Positions 12,091 to 24,467 are shown, numbered from the stretch's first letter. The stretch is 64,000 bases of DNA from an uncultured Gemmatimonadaceae bacterium (GCA_963822945.1 CAWGJO010000020.1:893563-957562), one strand, 5' to 3'. Notes: generated from the sequence alone by a model not told the origin. Program-made: numbers and translations.

Positions 12091-14134
12091 ATGTGTGGAG
12101 TTGCCGGGTGGTTCGGCCCGCTTGGTGCCGCACCACGAACAGACCTCGTGGGCGCAATTCTGGAGGAGCAGGTACGGCGGGGCCCGGATCACCAGGCCAC
12201 GAAGACCGTCCATTCGCCGGTGTCGCAGGCAACGTTCGGGGCACAACCGACTCGCCGTCATCGATCTGAGTCAGGCCGCCAATCAGCCGATGACGCGAAG
12301 CGGTTCGGATCTCTGGGTAACATACAACAGGGAGATCTACAATTATGTGGAGCTCCGGTCCGAGCTTGAGTCCGACGACCTGCGATTTTCGACCAGCTCG
12401 GATACGGAGGTGCTGCTAGCGGCATGGCAGCGGTACGGTCCAGGAGCACCGACGCACTTCAACGGAATGTTCGCATTCGGTCTGTTCGACGGCGCGACCG
12501 GATCTGTGGTTGGTGCGCGATCGCTTTGGAGTCAAACCACTCTACTACGGTATTGAGAAGGATTGCCTCGTCTTCGCGTCGAGCCCCGGGGCAGTCGCGC
12601 GCCGTCTCGGCCGCCTACCGAACTTGGACTACGCAACTCGCGGAAGTTCAATCGGCATCTATGAAGATGACAGCGATATTTCAGCGTACGATGGGGTGCG
12701 TGCCGTCCTTCCCGGCACTCGGGTACGCGTACGGGTGGTAGATGGGCCGTTGAAACCAAGGACAGAACGCTACTACCACCTCGAAGATCGGGTGGCTCGT
12801 CTGCGTGAAGCGCTGGCTTCCGAGTCCATCGCCAACCTGACGGAGCGCACAAGAGATCTGTGTCAGAGCGCAACCCATCTACGACTCAGGTCAGACGTCC
12901 CAGTCGGGCTTTCGCTCAGCGGAGGTATCGACTCGTCGTCTGTAGCCGCTATAGCGGTCGCGGAGGCCAAGCTCATCGGGTTCTCGTTTAGCCCCCGGAA
13001 GAGTCACAGAGCGAAGGGCCATTCGTGGCACAACTCGCCGAACGTCTGGGTGTCCGGGTTTGCTATGTCCCCAGCGATTCCGAACGTGTGCTCGCCGACG
13101 TTTTCGATGCCGCGTTCGCCGCGCAGGACGCGCCGTTCCCCGGCTGCAGCATCCTCGCGCAATACTCTGTGTGTCAGCGCGCGCGGTCCGAAGGTGTGAA
13201 GGTTCTGCTGGGTGGGCAAGGTGGGGACGAAGCGTTCATGGGCTACCACAAATTCAAGATATTCAGGGCGTCTGAACTCGCCCGGCGAGGAAACATCATC
13301 GCCGCAACAGGATTGGGACTTGCCAGTCTCCGGTCTCTCACGGCGTCTGGATTCGGCATCGGCGCCGTTCGCCACCAAATCGCTCGCTACCGCGCCACAC
13401 AGCCGACGGACAATCTGCTCGCCAGGCTGGCCAGCGGTGGCTCGCTTCCGCAACTGAGCCGTGGCCGCCATGAGCCACTGTGGCAACATCAGTTACGGGA
13501 TGTAACCGCACTGAGCCTTCCGACATTGCTGCGATATGAAGATCGAAACAGCATGGGATGCAGTGTCGAGAGTCGATTGCCATTCGTCGATTACCGTGTC
13601 GTCGAATTCGGACTCGCGCTTCCTGAGGAAGTGAAGCTTCGCCAGGGGTATGGCAAATGGATTGTCAGAGAAGCGATGAAGGGGCGTATTCCTGACAGCA
13701 TCAGGACCGCGAGATGGAAGCGTGGATTCGACGCGAATCATGGGTATGCGATCGCCAGCGGGCTCGGCAACATGCTTCGGAGTCGTTTACTGGAAGCCGA
13801 GGGAGAGCTTACCCGATTGATAGACGTCCCATTGAATGTGAACAGCCGATACTCCGATGATCGTCTAATCGAGGATCGATCGGCATTCGGCGAGGCTGTG
13901 GCTCTCATCTGGCTTGGGCAACGACTTGGCGGGCATCGGACCCAGCGCTTTCCCGGCCTGATCACACCTCACTCACAACCGTTGATCGGCACGAGGACGC
14001 CACTGGACAGCGCCAGTGCGTTCGATACGTCTTCAATCGGAACGAGATCGATCGGTAGTAGCCCCGTCCGATCCATTTACCAGGAAGGAGACCTACGTGT
14101 TCATGCAACTCGCACAGGCTTCGATCGCTCATGA
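12091..14134 (+). CDS. asnB: AsnB/WbpS-like glutamine amidotransferase (frameshifted; 3' end uncertain)
   Basis: MCGVAG N-terminal Cys, RGPD, HNRLAVID, EIYNY, SDTEV, RDRFGVKPLYY, SDVPVG.SLSGGIDSS, GQGGDE, DRNSM..SVESRLPF. Confidence 0.85.
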
Positions 14135-14158
14135 CTCCCAGTTCACGAGACCGCCGCG

Positions 14159-15201
14159 ATGAGTGGTGCGACTGGTTCCGTTGCCGTAGACCTCTCGATG
14201 ATCGTTCCATTCTTGAATGAAGAAGCATCGATCGGGCGGATGCTCGAATCGTTGAGGTCTCAGGAACTCGGTGAAACAACGGTCGAAATTCTGTTCGCGG
14301 ACGGAGGGTCGACTGACGCATCGGTTCGCCTCATTGAATCCGCCGACGGGGAGCTTCCGCGGGGAATGACGATCAGAGTCTTTGCCAACCCGGAGCGTAC
14401 GACGACGGCTGGATTCAATCGCGGTATTACGCTGGCAAGGGGCCGCGCAATCGGCATCGGAGGGTCGCGGACCGTATATCCCTCTGACTTCTTCGCCAGG
14501 GCAAACGCGCTGTTGGTGGAGACCGGTGCGGCACTCGTGGGAGGCGGCGTCAGCAGCATAATTCCTGCGGGCGATGGGGTTGTGGCCCGTGCGATCGCCC
14601 GGAATGTATCGAAGTCGCGTTGGCACCGCCGTTGCCAACTATCGGAGGCGAACCGAACCCGGCACGGCAAGTACCGTATACTGCGGATTCTATCGACGTG
14701 AGGTGTTCGAGCGTCTCGGGGGATTCGACCCATCGCTAACCCGAGGTCAAGACAACGAATTCAACAGTCGGCTGCGTCATTCCGGGTTCCAAATCTACTT
14801 TCATCCCGTTCTGTCGACGGCCTATCAGGTACGAGGCGGTGTTCGAGCACTGCTTCGGCGGGGCTGGATGTCTGGGCGCTCTGTACGTGGCCGGGTGGCG
14901 GGCAAATCGGCAGGCGTTTCGTTGGCACCATTCAGCTCCGCTGATCTGGGTGTCGTACCTGATCATCGGCGCGATGCTCGCGACAGTGCTACCGGGATTG
15001 CGCGACTGGTACCTTGTTGGTCTCGCCGCTTATGGTGCCGTGCTCCTGATCGCCGCATCGGCAACTATTCGCGCTGATGGTCTTCGTGTAGCGCTCGTGA
15101 CGATTCCGATCTTCGCGATGTACCATATTGCATATGGGGCGGGAAGTCTGAGGGAACTCCTCGCTTCCTATCGTTCACACCGACCGGGTGGCCAGGCGTG
15201 A
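14159..15201 (+). CDS. GT2 glycosyltransferase (ExoA-like), frameshifted
   Basis: IVPFLNEE, DGGSTD, YRREVFERLGGFD, QDNEFN.R, C-terminal TM helices. Confidence 0.8.
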
Positions 15202-16216
15202 GTGCATGGTACGGGATGCTGATCGCGTGGTTCGCGTTCGCTTTCGGCGCCAGTTGGGCCATTACCGGGCTGGTTCTCCGAATTGCACGATTGCGGGGCA
15301 TACTCGACGTGCCGAGCGATCGGAGTTCCCATGTTGTGCCGACGCCGCGAGGGGGTGGGATCGCGATTGTCCTCGTCACGGTTCTCGGAATCACCGTCCT
15401 GGGAATCAAGGGATGGGTAACCTGGCCTGTTCGATTGGGCTTATTGGCGGGGGAGTCTTGGTCGGAACCATCGGGCTCCTCGACGACATCCGAGGTATCA
15501 GGCCCCTATGGCGCGGCCTGATCCATCTTGCAGCTGCGATCTGGACCATCGTCTGGGTTGGTGGTCTCTATCGAATTGACATTGGACCTGGGTCGATGGA
15601 ACTCGGGGTCGTTGGCAATATCGTCGCCATACTCGGAGTTACATGGTCGATCAATGCCTATAATTTCATGGATGGGATCGATGGGCTTGCAGGTACCGAA
15701 GCGGTAACAGCCGGCGTTGCCGGCGCCGTACTCCTCGGCGGCCAGCACCTCTCGGTCGGTTTACCGGTGATTGTGCTGGCTGGAAGTGCGGCGGGATTCC
15801 TCGTCTGGAATTGGGCACCAGCGCGCATTTTTATGGGAGATGTCGGCAGCGGGTTTCTCGGGTTCATGTTTGCCGCACTTGCGATTGCTTCAGAGCGGCA
15901 AGCGGGACTTTCGATTCTCGCGTGGTCAATTCTCGGAATGGTGTTCTTGGTTGACTCAACGGCGACATTGTTCCGCCGGGCGCTGCGTGGCGAACGGGTG
16001 TGGGAGGCGCACCGTTCACACGCTTATCAGCGGCTGGCTAGAGCGAAAGGATCCCACGCATGGGTGGTCGTGACAGTGATTGGATTGAACGCGGGGTTCG
16101 CCGTCCTCATCTGGCCGCCCCGAAACACCGGGTTGTCGCTCCTAGAGGGTTGGTTGGTCGCGGCGATGGTGACGGGGGGGTGGTACTGGTATGCTGAGCG
16201 AAATCTCGCGATGTAG
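15198..16216 (+). CDS. MraY/WecA (WbpL-like) undecaprenyl-phosphate sugar-1-P transferase, frameshift near 15450
   Basis: RSSHVVPTPRGGG, GLLDD, NAYNFMDGIDG, IFMGDVGS, HRSHAYQ. Confidence 0.9.
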
Positions 16217-16910
16217 CGAAATCCGACTGCGTTCAAGCAGGGAGGACGCGCGTACGGCAGTTGCGCGACACCCGAGAGCGCTTGGCCGCGCCAGACCAAC
16301 ATCTTCCGCACCGTACTTCTCGGGGGGAAACTGGTCCCCGTCATCAATGCGGTTTGCCCAAGAGAACGCTCGGCAGCATTCCGACCCTTCCCTTCATGTG
16401 ATCTCCAAGGCGCCCGCAGCTCGTGGGGCCCAAGGTGGGGGGTGGATTTGGGACATAGAGATTGGTCCGATGGAGGGTATTCCCGTCTGAAGTCGTTAAT
16501 GCGCAGTTGTGCCTCGGGGGCCACGTGTGACGGAGCTTGCGCGCCATTCACCGAACTGGCCCGGTAGTTTGGGGAGTCGGCGCCGCTCCCGGTTGCGGCC
16601 GATTGTAAACTGTGGGCACGGGTCGGGTCCCGCTCGGAGACCAGTGCACCTGGGAGCAGCGCCGCGTCGGCGACTGCGGTGAGCTAGCAATCCGCTCCAT
16701 TTGGCTGGGCGCGCACTTTAGGGTGAAACATGAAGCAGGCCTGGCGCTCGCAAACTCAGGTCGTGGATTGCCAAGCTTGGCATTGGCACGGCGTGTGAAC
16801 CATGTTCTGATGCACCACGGTTGCTCACCAGAGCAAGCATTCTCAGAGGCACGCTGCCCGGCAGCGATGTTCGTAGGCCTTCGACCTCGACTCACAAACC
16901 CCATACTGCA

Positions 16911-17845
16911 ATGGTTACTACGGGTGCAGTACTCCGCTTTCTGTCAGACGAAGGCTTGATCGCCTCGCCGGCACGACCTGATGATCTTGCCCAACAGACC
17001 GCCGTTACTTGCGTGACGGCGGAGGACCAAGCGGTCGATGGAGCATTGAGTTGGCTGTCTTCCGCTCGTTTCGCCAATGCAGCGCACCGCGTGGCAGCGT
17101 TTCGTGGTGCGCTGCTCCTGCCCCCGAGGCAGTGGGAATTCAGCGAACACACGCCGGGCTGGCCGTTGGGTGCACTAGCCCCAAGCTGGCGTTCGCGGTT
17201 GCGGTGGAGCGGTTCTTCCCGTCGCTGCTGAAGTCGACGTGGCCGCCCCCGGGAATGCTGAGGCATGACGACGTGGTCGTGGCAGACGATGCAGCCATCG
17301 GGTATGGCGTCGTGCTCGGCGAAGGCGTTCGAATTGGACGGGGTGTCGAAATCGGCCCGTATACTTGTATTGCGCATACGAGCATCGGCGCGGGAACGAA
17401 GATAGGCGCGCATTGCTCGATTGGTCTGCAGGGTTTTGGCTTCGAGCGATCATTGTCCGGCGAATGGGTTCGCTTCCCACATATCGGAACCGTCGAAATT
17501 GCCGAAGATGTGGAAATCGGCTCCAATACGTGCATCGATCGGGGGGCGCTGGGGGCGACACGCGTCGAACGCGGCGCCAAGATCGACAACCTGGTTCATA
17601 TCGCGCACAACGTCGTCGTCGGTGAGGGCTGCCTCATCATCGCGCACGCGATGGTGGCTGGGAGCGTGAAGCTTGAACCGGGCGCATGGATCGCGCCAAG
17701 TGCCGCGATCCTGAATCAGCTGACGGTTGGAGCCGGTGCAACAATTGGACTCGGCGCGGTAGTGATTCGTGACGTGGCCCCGGGGGCTACCGTCGCCGGC
17801 AATCCCGCGAGGCCACTAGCACCTAGGGTACAAAATGGAGAATGA
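16911..17845 (+). CDS. LpxD-like hexapeptide N-acyltransferase (frameshift near 17150)
   Basis: GFGFE, VEIGSNTCIDRG, KIDNLVHIAHNV, GNPAR; LpxD-type N-terminal domain in the upstream frame. Confidence 0.75.
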
Positions 17846-18485
17846 GCGTCTGGTCGTCGGCCGAGAGCGAGCCCTTGTCCTTTGCCCGCATACGGATGAC
17901 GAATTTGGCTGCGCGGGTACGATTGCGCGGCTGCTGGAGGCGAACGCGGAAGTGCGCTACGTCGCGTTCAGCCGTTGTGAGGAGTCTGTCCCCAATGGTT
18001 TGCCGCTCGACACGCTCGAGAAGGAATGCAGACGTTGCACGGCAACTCTCGGAATATCGCCCCGAAATACAGAAGTTCTTGGCTTTCCAGTCCGTCATTT
18101 CCCGAGGGTACGGCAGGAGATCCTGGAACACATGGTCAAAGTCAGGAACGAATTTGAACCGGACATCGTGCTCCTTCCTGCGTCCAGCGATATGCACCAA
18201 GACCACCACACGGTATACGAGGAAGGATTCCGGGCGTTCAAACGATCCACCCTGCTGGGGTATGAGTTGCCGCAAAATCTGATCTCATTTCACAATTCCA
18301 CATTTGTGGCGCTCGAAGACCGCCATTTGGTGGCGAAGATCAATGCGTTGCGGGAGTACGAATCACAGGAGTTCCGGCCGTACGCGAGCGCAGAGTTTAT
18401 GCGCGCCCTGGCTACTGTGCGCGGGGTTCAGATCAATTCGCCGTACGCCGAGGCATTCGAGGCCGTCCGAGTCATTTTTCGATGA
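17835..18485 (+). CDS. PIG-L family deacetylase
   Basis: PHTDDE.G..GT, HQDH, YE, AEAF motifs. Confidence 0.9.
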   Translation: MENERLVVGRERALVLCPHTDDEFGCAGTIARLLEANAEVRYVAFSRCEESVPNGLPLDTLEKECRRCTATLGISPRNTEVLGFPVRHFPRVRQEILEHMVKVRNEFEPDIVLLPASSDMHQDHHTVYEEGFRAFKRSTLLGYELPQNLISFHNSTFVALEDRHLVAKINALREYESQEFRPYASAEFMRALATVRGVQINSPYAEAFEAVRVIFR

Positions 18486-19652
18486 GCTTCAGCGCGTTGC
18501 GTCAGGTCCATTTGGCCGCGCAACCCAACTGAGCGATCAGCGAGCGCCTTTCAGCTCTACGGTTCATCGCATAGGAGGGCTCTCCAGTACGTTGAGATTG
18601 ATTCCCGGCCAAGACCTGCGCTCATACCAGGACGGCATTGCTCGCGCGAACCGTTCGGAAGAGTCATCGACCGATCGGAAGGCAGAGAGGAATACAGTCG
18701 AGACCGGAGCGGGGCGGCCGACTCGACCGCGATATTCAATTGCGCATGGCGCGGTGTACCTCGCGGGTGGGAGGCTGCCGGATCGGCGCGTGAGCGGGAT
18801 CGCGTTTTCGGCGCACCTGGGCGACGACGCAACCATCCGCCTTCCCATTTTCCGGAGAGAAGGCAGGCTGAATTGTGGGGGGCGACGGAGAGGCCGGTGA
18901 GCGAGATCGAAGAAGTCCTGACGCTTTGGGTCACCGGTGAACGCTAGATCACGAACGAATCGATCCCGGCGGCCCCGTTCGGAGAGGTTCCCGCGCCTAT
19001 AAAGAATCCATTGTACGGTCGTAGCCCGGAAACAGGACGTCTGGCCGCCCGACAGGTACTGACCACAATTTCGGACCCATCGCGCGGCGGTGTCTTGCCC
19101 TTGCCCGGCCATGCACGACCGATTTCAGGGGAAGATGTAAGTTGCGAAGGCCACCGGGTCTACCAGGAGCTCGCCAGTTCCCTGACGGTCAAGCCGCAGT
19201 TCGGTCGCCCAACCGGAGGAATCTTGAGTCACCGGCTCCCTGCAGCACGAGGCTCTGCGCCACCTCGGGTCTGGCGAGCGGAGTCGTCTCCGCCAACACG
19301 AGGTTTGGACTGACTCTCGGAGGGCGAGGCGTCGGCCCCGACGAGGTTCTTCTCTCAGGCGAGACGAGCGAGGCTGCAGGTGCGACCAATGCAACAAACT
19401 TCGCCGAGAGGACCGAGTGAACACCGGCGCGATCTACGATTGACCGCACGCTGTGGGTGGAGATCCTAGGCCGGATTCCAAACGTCGAAAGGATCAGAAG
19501 CAGGGTACACGTAGCGAACCGAGGCGCGCCACCATCTCGCACGGTATGACGAATCGGTGATAGCAGAATTGGTGCTTGTGTATCAACGCACCCCTGCCTA
19601 TTCTCGGGGGTGGCCAAAACACACCTGCTAATTCACGGGTCTCCCGGGCCTC

Positions 19653-21594
19653 ATGAACCTCACCCGGAATCGCTACCTACTCCTCATCGACGTAGTTCTC
19701 CTCGCAATCGCGCCGTTTCTGCTGTTTACGCTGCGATTCGAGGGGTTCCATTGGCCGCCCCACCAACTTCATAACGTCATCGTCTTCACGCTGGCCATGG
19801 TGCCGGCGCGAATCCTGGTCTACTTCCTGTTCGGCGTGTACCGCACGATGTGGCGGTACGCCAGCATCGCCGAACTGGAGTTGGTGGTCATTGCCGGCGT
19901 ATCGGGCTCGGTGGTTGCGACCCTGCTGGGGACGAACTTGCTGCAGGACGCCGAGCCTGATCACCTCCCGTATCCCGCTCTCGGTGCTGTTCAACAGCGG
20001 CGTGCTGAGCGTCGTGCTTCTGGCCGCCCCACGCCTGCTCATCCGCATGGGCGGCTGGCGGATGGTCCGCCGCGGACTCCAGGACTCCCCCAACCGGGTG
20101 CTCATTGCCGGCGCCGGCGCCGCCGGCCAGACGGTGCTCAAGGAACTGACCTCCAACCCGCGGCTCGAAATGCGGCCCATCGGGTTCGTGGACGACGACC
20201 CATCGAAGCACGGACTGCGGATCGGCAAGGTTCCGGTGTTCGGGACGCTGGCCGCGATGCCGGAAATCATCGACCGGGAAAAGATCACCGAAGTCGTGAT
20301 CGCCATGCCGAGCGCTCCTGGCCAGGTGGTGCGCGAAGTGGTCCAGACGGCGCTGAAGTGCGGCATCAAGGCCCGCACGGTCCCCACGCTGGGCGAGATC
20401 CTCGGCGGACACGTGAGCGTGACGGCCCTCCGGCCGGTGGAAATCCAGGACCTCCTGCGTCGGGATCCCATCCGGACCGACCTGCGCCAGGTGGCCCAGC
20501 TGGCCCACGACCGCACGGTGCTGATTACCGGCGCCGGCGGCTCCATCGGCAGCGAACTCTGCCGCCAGATCGCGGTGCTGGGACCCGCCAAGCTCGTGAT
20601 CCTGGGACACGGGGAAAACCCGATATTCGACATCCTGTACGAGCTGCGCCGGGCCCACCCCGCCCTGGACATCGTGCCGGTGATCGCCGACATCCGCGAC
20701 ACCAAACGGGTGCGGGAGGTGTTCAAGGCCCACCGCCCCTTTGCCGTGTTCCACGCCGCCGCCCACAAGCACGTGCCCCTGATGGAGAGCAACGTGGTGG
20801 AGGCGGTGACCAACAACGTGCTCGGCACCAAGAACATCGTGGATACGGCGGTGGAGACGGGCGCCTCGCACTTCGTGTTCATCTCCACCGACAAGGCGGT
20901 GCGCCCCACCAACGTGATGGGAGCGTCCAAACGGGTGGCCGAGCACATCGTGCGGCGGGCGGCGCTCAAGCACGGCACGAACTTCGTGGCCGTGCGGTTC
21001 GGCAACGTGCTGGGCAGCCGGGGCAGCGTGATCCCCACCTTCGTCAGCCAGATCCGCGAGGGCGGGCCGGTGACGGTGACCCACCCGGAAATGCGCCGCT
21101 TCTTCATGACGATCCCCGAAGCGGTGCAGCTGGTGCTTCAGGCGGGCGCGCTGGGCAAGGGCGGCGAGCTGTTCATGCTCGACATGGGCGAGCCCGTGAA
21201 GGTGGTGGACCTGGCCCGCGACCTGATCCGCCTGTCGGGCCTCAAGGAAGGCGAGGACATCGAGATCAAGTACACCGGCATCCGCCCGGGCGAGAAGCTG
21301 TACGAGGAGATGTTCTTCAGCGACGAGCTGGCCGAGCGCACCGAGCACCCCAAGGTGCTCCGGGCGCGCAAAGAAAACATGGAGAGCTGGGGGGATCACC
21401 TGATCGACCAGCTCATCCAGACGGCCCTGGACGGAGCCGGCGCCGAAGATCTGCGGGCCATGCTCAAGGTGATCGTTCCCGACTTCAGCGACAGTCAGCC
21501 CCCGCCGCTGCTGCCCACGCCGGCCCGCGGGATCGGCGCCGTGGTGGCCGCCGCCCTCAAGCGCCCGAGCGGACCGAACAAGAAGTCGGGGTAG
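19653..21594 (+). CDS. Membrane-bound nucleoside-diphosphate-sugar 4,6-dehydratase (CapD/WbpM/PglF family), frameshift near 19940
   Basis: N-terminal TMs, GAG.AG, ITGAGGSIGSE, HAAAHKHVP, STDKAV, MGASK, RFGNVLGSRGSV, RPGEKLYEE. Confidence 0.92.
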
Positions 21595-21632
21595 GACTAC
21601 AGTCGGCCGCAGACCATAGGCGGGCGACTAGG

Positions 21633-23693
21633 CTACCGCCCGCTGATCGCGCTCATCGTGATCGGCGACAGCACCCGCCCCCCCGCCGTGGTCATGCGCC
21701 GCAGCACGTTCTTGGCCGCCGCCGGGTCGAGGGGCGCGCTGCACAGATAGCCCTGCCACGCCTCGCACTGCTGCGCGTACAGGAAGTCGAGCTGCGTGGG
21801 GTGCTCCACACCCTCGGCCACCACGCGCAGCCCCAGTGAGCGCGCCAGCGCGATGACGGCCACCGCAATGGCGGTGTCGTTGGCGTCGCGCACCAGGTTG
21901 CGGGTGAAGCTGGTGTCGATCTTGAGGGCGTCCACCGGGAAGGTGCGCAGCGACTGCAGCGACGAATACCCGGTGCCGAAGTCGTCGATGGAGATGCCCA
22001 CGCCCAGCGTCTTGAGCTCGGCGAGCTGGCGCACGGCATCGGCCCCCGACTCGGTGGCGCTGGTCTCGTTGATCTCGAGTTCGAGCGCCGAGGGGGGCAG
22101 GCCGTACTGGTCCAGCGTACCGCGCACCAGGTCCGCCAATCCGGGCTGCTGGACCTGCCGGGTGCTCAGGTTGACGGCCACGCGCAGGTCGTGGAACCCC
22201 TCGGCGCGCCACTCGGCCAACTGCTCGCACGCCGTGCGCAGCGCCCACTCGCCGATGGGCACGATCATGCCGGTGGACTCGGCCAGCCGGATGAACTGCT
22301 CGGGACGCACGAGCCCCAGCACGGGGTGCCGCCAGCGCAGCATGGCCTCCATGCAGCAGACGCCGCCGTCGGCGGTGCGCACGATGGGCTGGTAGTGCAT
22401 GAGGAATTCGAGATTCTCCACGCCGCGGCGCAGGGCGCTCTCCAGCGCCAGCTGCTCGATGGCGTGGGCGTTCATCTCGGAGGTGTAGAGCTGGAAGAGG
22501 TCGGGACCCTGGGCCTTGGCGCGGTACATGGCGGCGTCCGCGTTCTTGAGCAGGGTGCCGGCGTCGGCACCGTCATCGGGATAGAGCCCGATGCCGATGC
22601 TGGCGGTGACGAACAGCTCACGCCCCTCGATGGTGATGATCTCCTTGACCGCGTCGCGCACCTTGCGGGCCACGCCGATGGCGTCTTCCACGGTGTGCGC
22701 GGTGGGGGCGAGGACGGTGAACTCGTCGCCACCCATGCGGGCCACGGTATCGCTCTCACGAAGGGCGGTGCGCAGCCGGCTGGCGACGATCTGCAGCAGC
22801 TTGTCGCCCGCGGCATGGCCCAGCGAGTCGTTCACCACCTTGAACCGGTCGAGGTCCACGAACAGCACGGCGAGCTTGTTCTTGGAACGCCGGGCGCTGG
22901 GGATGGCCATGTTCAGGTGGTCGAGAAAGAGCTTCCGGTTGGGCAGCCCGGTGAGCGGGTCGTGCAGGGCCAGCCGCTGCACCTGGGCGGCGTTGGCGGT
23001 GGCCGCGGCGTGCTGTTCCTCGAGCAGCCAGATGACGACGCCCAGCCCCATGGCGAACAGGAGCACGAACTCCGCGAAGCCCAGCGGGAGCACGAACGGC
23101 TGCTGGATGGGCGCGGGGCCGGCAAGGGCCTGAAGGGCGAGGTGCAGGAACTGCGTGATGCCGAACAGGGTGAACGCGCCGGCAACGATCCGGCGGCCGA
23201 TGCCGTGGACGCCGGGGCCGCGCCAGACGTGGACGGCGGCAACGAGGAAGGCGAAGCCGACCACGACGCCGCGCACACCGGCCCGGAACATGAAGCGGAC
23301 GGAATCGCCGGACGGGTCGGACGAGTGGACCAGGGCGAGTCCGGCGCCGCCGAAGGCGGCGACCAGGAGGAAGGCATTTCGCTCGGCGCGGCTCAGCGGC
23401 CGCATGCCCATGAGGTCGCCCGATCCGACCAGGAGCCAGACGACGCCGAGGTAGCCCGCGGCGCCGGTGACCACCGCCGTGCCGAGGCGAAGGGCGCTGT
23501 CGACGGGGAGGCTGCGCGAGAAGCCGACACCCGCGGCAGCGCCGACGAGTGTGACGAAGAGAGCGGACCAGCTCAGCGCCCAATCGCGCAGGAAGGTCCG
23601 CCTGTACTCGCGGTAGAATCCGCCAAAGATGGCGGCGGCAATCAGGGCGCCAGAAGCCTGGAGGAGGTAGCTGGCAAAGAGGTTTTCGTTCAT
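21633..23693 (-). CDS. Membrane-bound diguanylate cyclase/phosphodiesterase (GGDEF-EAL)
   Basis: About 7 TM N-terminus, HDPLTGLPNR, GGDEF, EAML (EAL variant), DDFGTGYSS, AEGVE. Confidence 0.95.
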   Translation of the reverse strand: MNENLFASYLLQASGALIAAAIFGGFYREYRRTFLRDWALSWSALFVTLVGAAAGVGFSRSLPVDSALRLGTAVVTGAAGYLGVVWLLVGSGDLMGMRPLSRAERNAFLLVAAFGGAGLALVHSSDPSGDSVRFMFRAGVRGVVVGFAFLVAAVHVWRGPGVHGIGRRIVAGAFTLFGITQFLHLALQALAGPAPIQQPFVLPLGFAEFVLLFAMGLGVVIWLLEEQHAAATANAAQVQRLALHDPLTGLPNRKLFLDHLNMAIPSARRSKNKLAVLFVDLDRFKVVNDSLGHAAGDKLLQIVASRLRTALRESDTVARMGGDEFTVLAPTAHTVEDAIGVARKVRDAVKEIITIEGRELFVTASIGIGLYPDDGADAGTLLKNADAAMYRAKAQGPDLFQLYTSEMNAHAIEQLALESALRRGVENLEFLMHYQPIVRTADGGVCCMEAMLRWRHPVLGLVRPEQFIRLAESTGMIVPIGEWALRTACEQLAEWRAEGFHDLRVAVNLSTRQVQQPGLADLVRGTLDQYGLPPSALELEINETSATESGADAVRQLAELKTLGVGISIDDFGTGYSSLQSLRTFPVDALKIDTSFTRNLVRDANDTAIAVAVIALARSLGLRVVAEGVEHPTQLDFLYAQQCEAWQGYLCSAPLDPAAAKNVLRRMTTAGGRVLSPITMSAISGR

Positions 23694-23887
23694 AAGAGTG
23701 TCGTCGTCGACAGGAGGAACGATGCCCCGAAGTGTCTATGGAGTAAAGAGATAGTGTGACCGGACTGTATAGAAAGCGGACAGTCTTGTGACGGAGGGCA
23801 CGAAAGAACTGTGAGAAGGTTGGAAAGTCGGACAGTCGGACCGTCGGACGGTCACGGAGCAGTAACTACCGCAAGAAGGATGCGAAG

Positions 23888-23917
23888 CGCCCCGCCACCG
23901 GTGGCGGTGGCGGGGCG
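23888..23917. terminator. GC-rich hairpin downstream of the toxin gene
   Basis: CGCCCCGCCACC / GGTGGCGGGGCG 12-bp stem; no long U-tract. Confidence 0.45.
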
Positions 23918-23971
23918 GAGCGTGGGTCAGATCAGTGTGCGAGGTAAGGACGTGACGATAACCGCGCAGAT

Positions 23972-24223
23972 CTAGTAGGTCGTGGACGTCCGGCGCTCGA
24001 TCGCGACCACGCTGACGCGCAGGTCGTGGACCTCAAAGAACACTCGGTAGCTCCCCACGCGACGCCTGAATGTCGAGTCCATGCCCTTGAGCTTGACCAC
24101 GTCGCCCGTGTATGGGTGGTGCTCCATCTGGGCGAGCGCGTCAACCAGGCGGGCGCGATCCTTTGGCGGCAGATCGGCGAGTTTTCGCGCGGCTTGTCTT
24201 GCGAGCACCACCTCCCAGGGCAT
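23972..24223 (-). CDS. RelE/ParE family type II toxin
   Basis: 83 aa, A.RKL..L, KLKG...FRRRVGSYRV.F, C-terminal RR...TY. Confidence 0.85.
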   Translation of the reverse strand: MPWEVVLARQAARKLADLPPKDRARLVDALAQMEHHPYTGDVVKLKGMDSTFRRRVGSYRVFFEVHDLRVSVVAIERRTSTTY

Positions 24224-24455
24224 GGCGCAGTTCGCCCAGCTTCACCACGTCACCGCGTTCGACTTCGGCGCGGCCGCGATTGATGGCAGCCAGTTCCGCT
24301 GTGGTGACCTGCACCACGGGCATGCCACTGAGGTAGCGGCGCAGGGCTTCGCGCACGAGCTCCGATGTCGTCCGATGTTCCCGGCGGCTTGCCTGACGCA
24401 CGGCGTCGGCCATTTCTCGCGGAAGGGAGATGGTAAGCGGTTCACGATTTCGCAT
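24141..24455 (-). CDS. Ribbon-helix-helix (CopG-like) antitoxin
   Basis: GGAGG RBS before ATG 24455; LTISLP...RTTSELVREALRRY; upstream of and overlapping the toxin. Confidence 0.8.
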   Translation of the reverse strand: MRNREPLTISLPREMADAVRQASRREHRTTSELVREALRRYLSGMPVVQVTTAELAAINRGRAEVERGDVVKLGELRHALGGGARKTSRAKTRRSAAKGSRPPG

Positions 24456-24467
24456 GGGCGCCTCCGA

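Noticed and set aside
16217..16910. Gene in the 700-nt gap within the glycan cluster
   Set aside because: Only short, motif-free ORFs on both strands
16911..17845. Housekeeping lipid A lpxD
   Set aside because: No bamA/skp/fabZ/lpxA context; it sits in a glycan island coupled to a PIG-L gene, so the symbol is withheld
18490..19650. ORFs or an RNA gene in the 1.1-kb gap before the dehydratase
   Set aside because: No recognisable motifs, RBS-supported ORF, tRNA fold or repeats seen; a decayed gene cannot be excluded
21627..21642. ops/JUMPstart-like GGCGGTAGC on the minus strand
   Set aside because: It is the last codons and stop of the GGDEF-EAL gene, downstream of and antisense to the glycan operon
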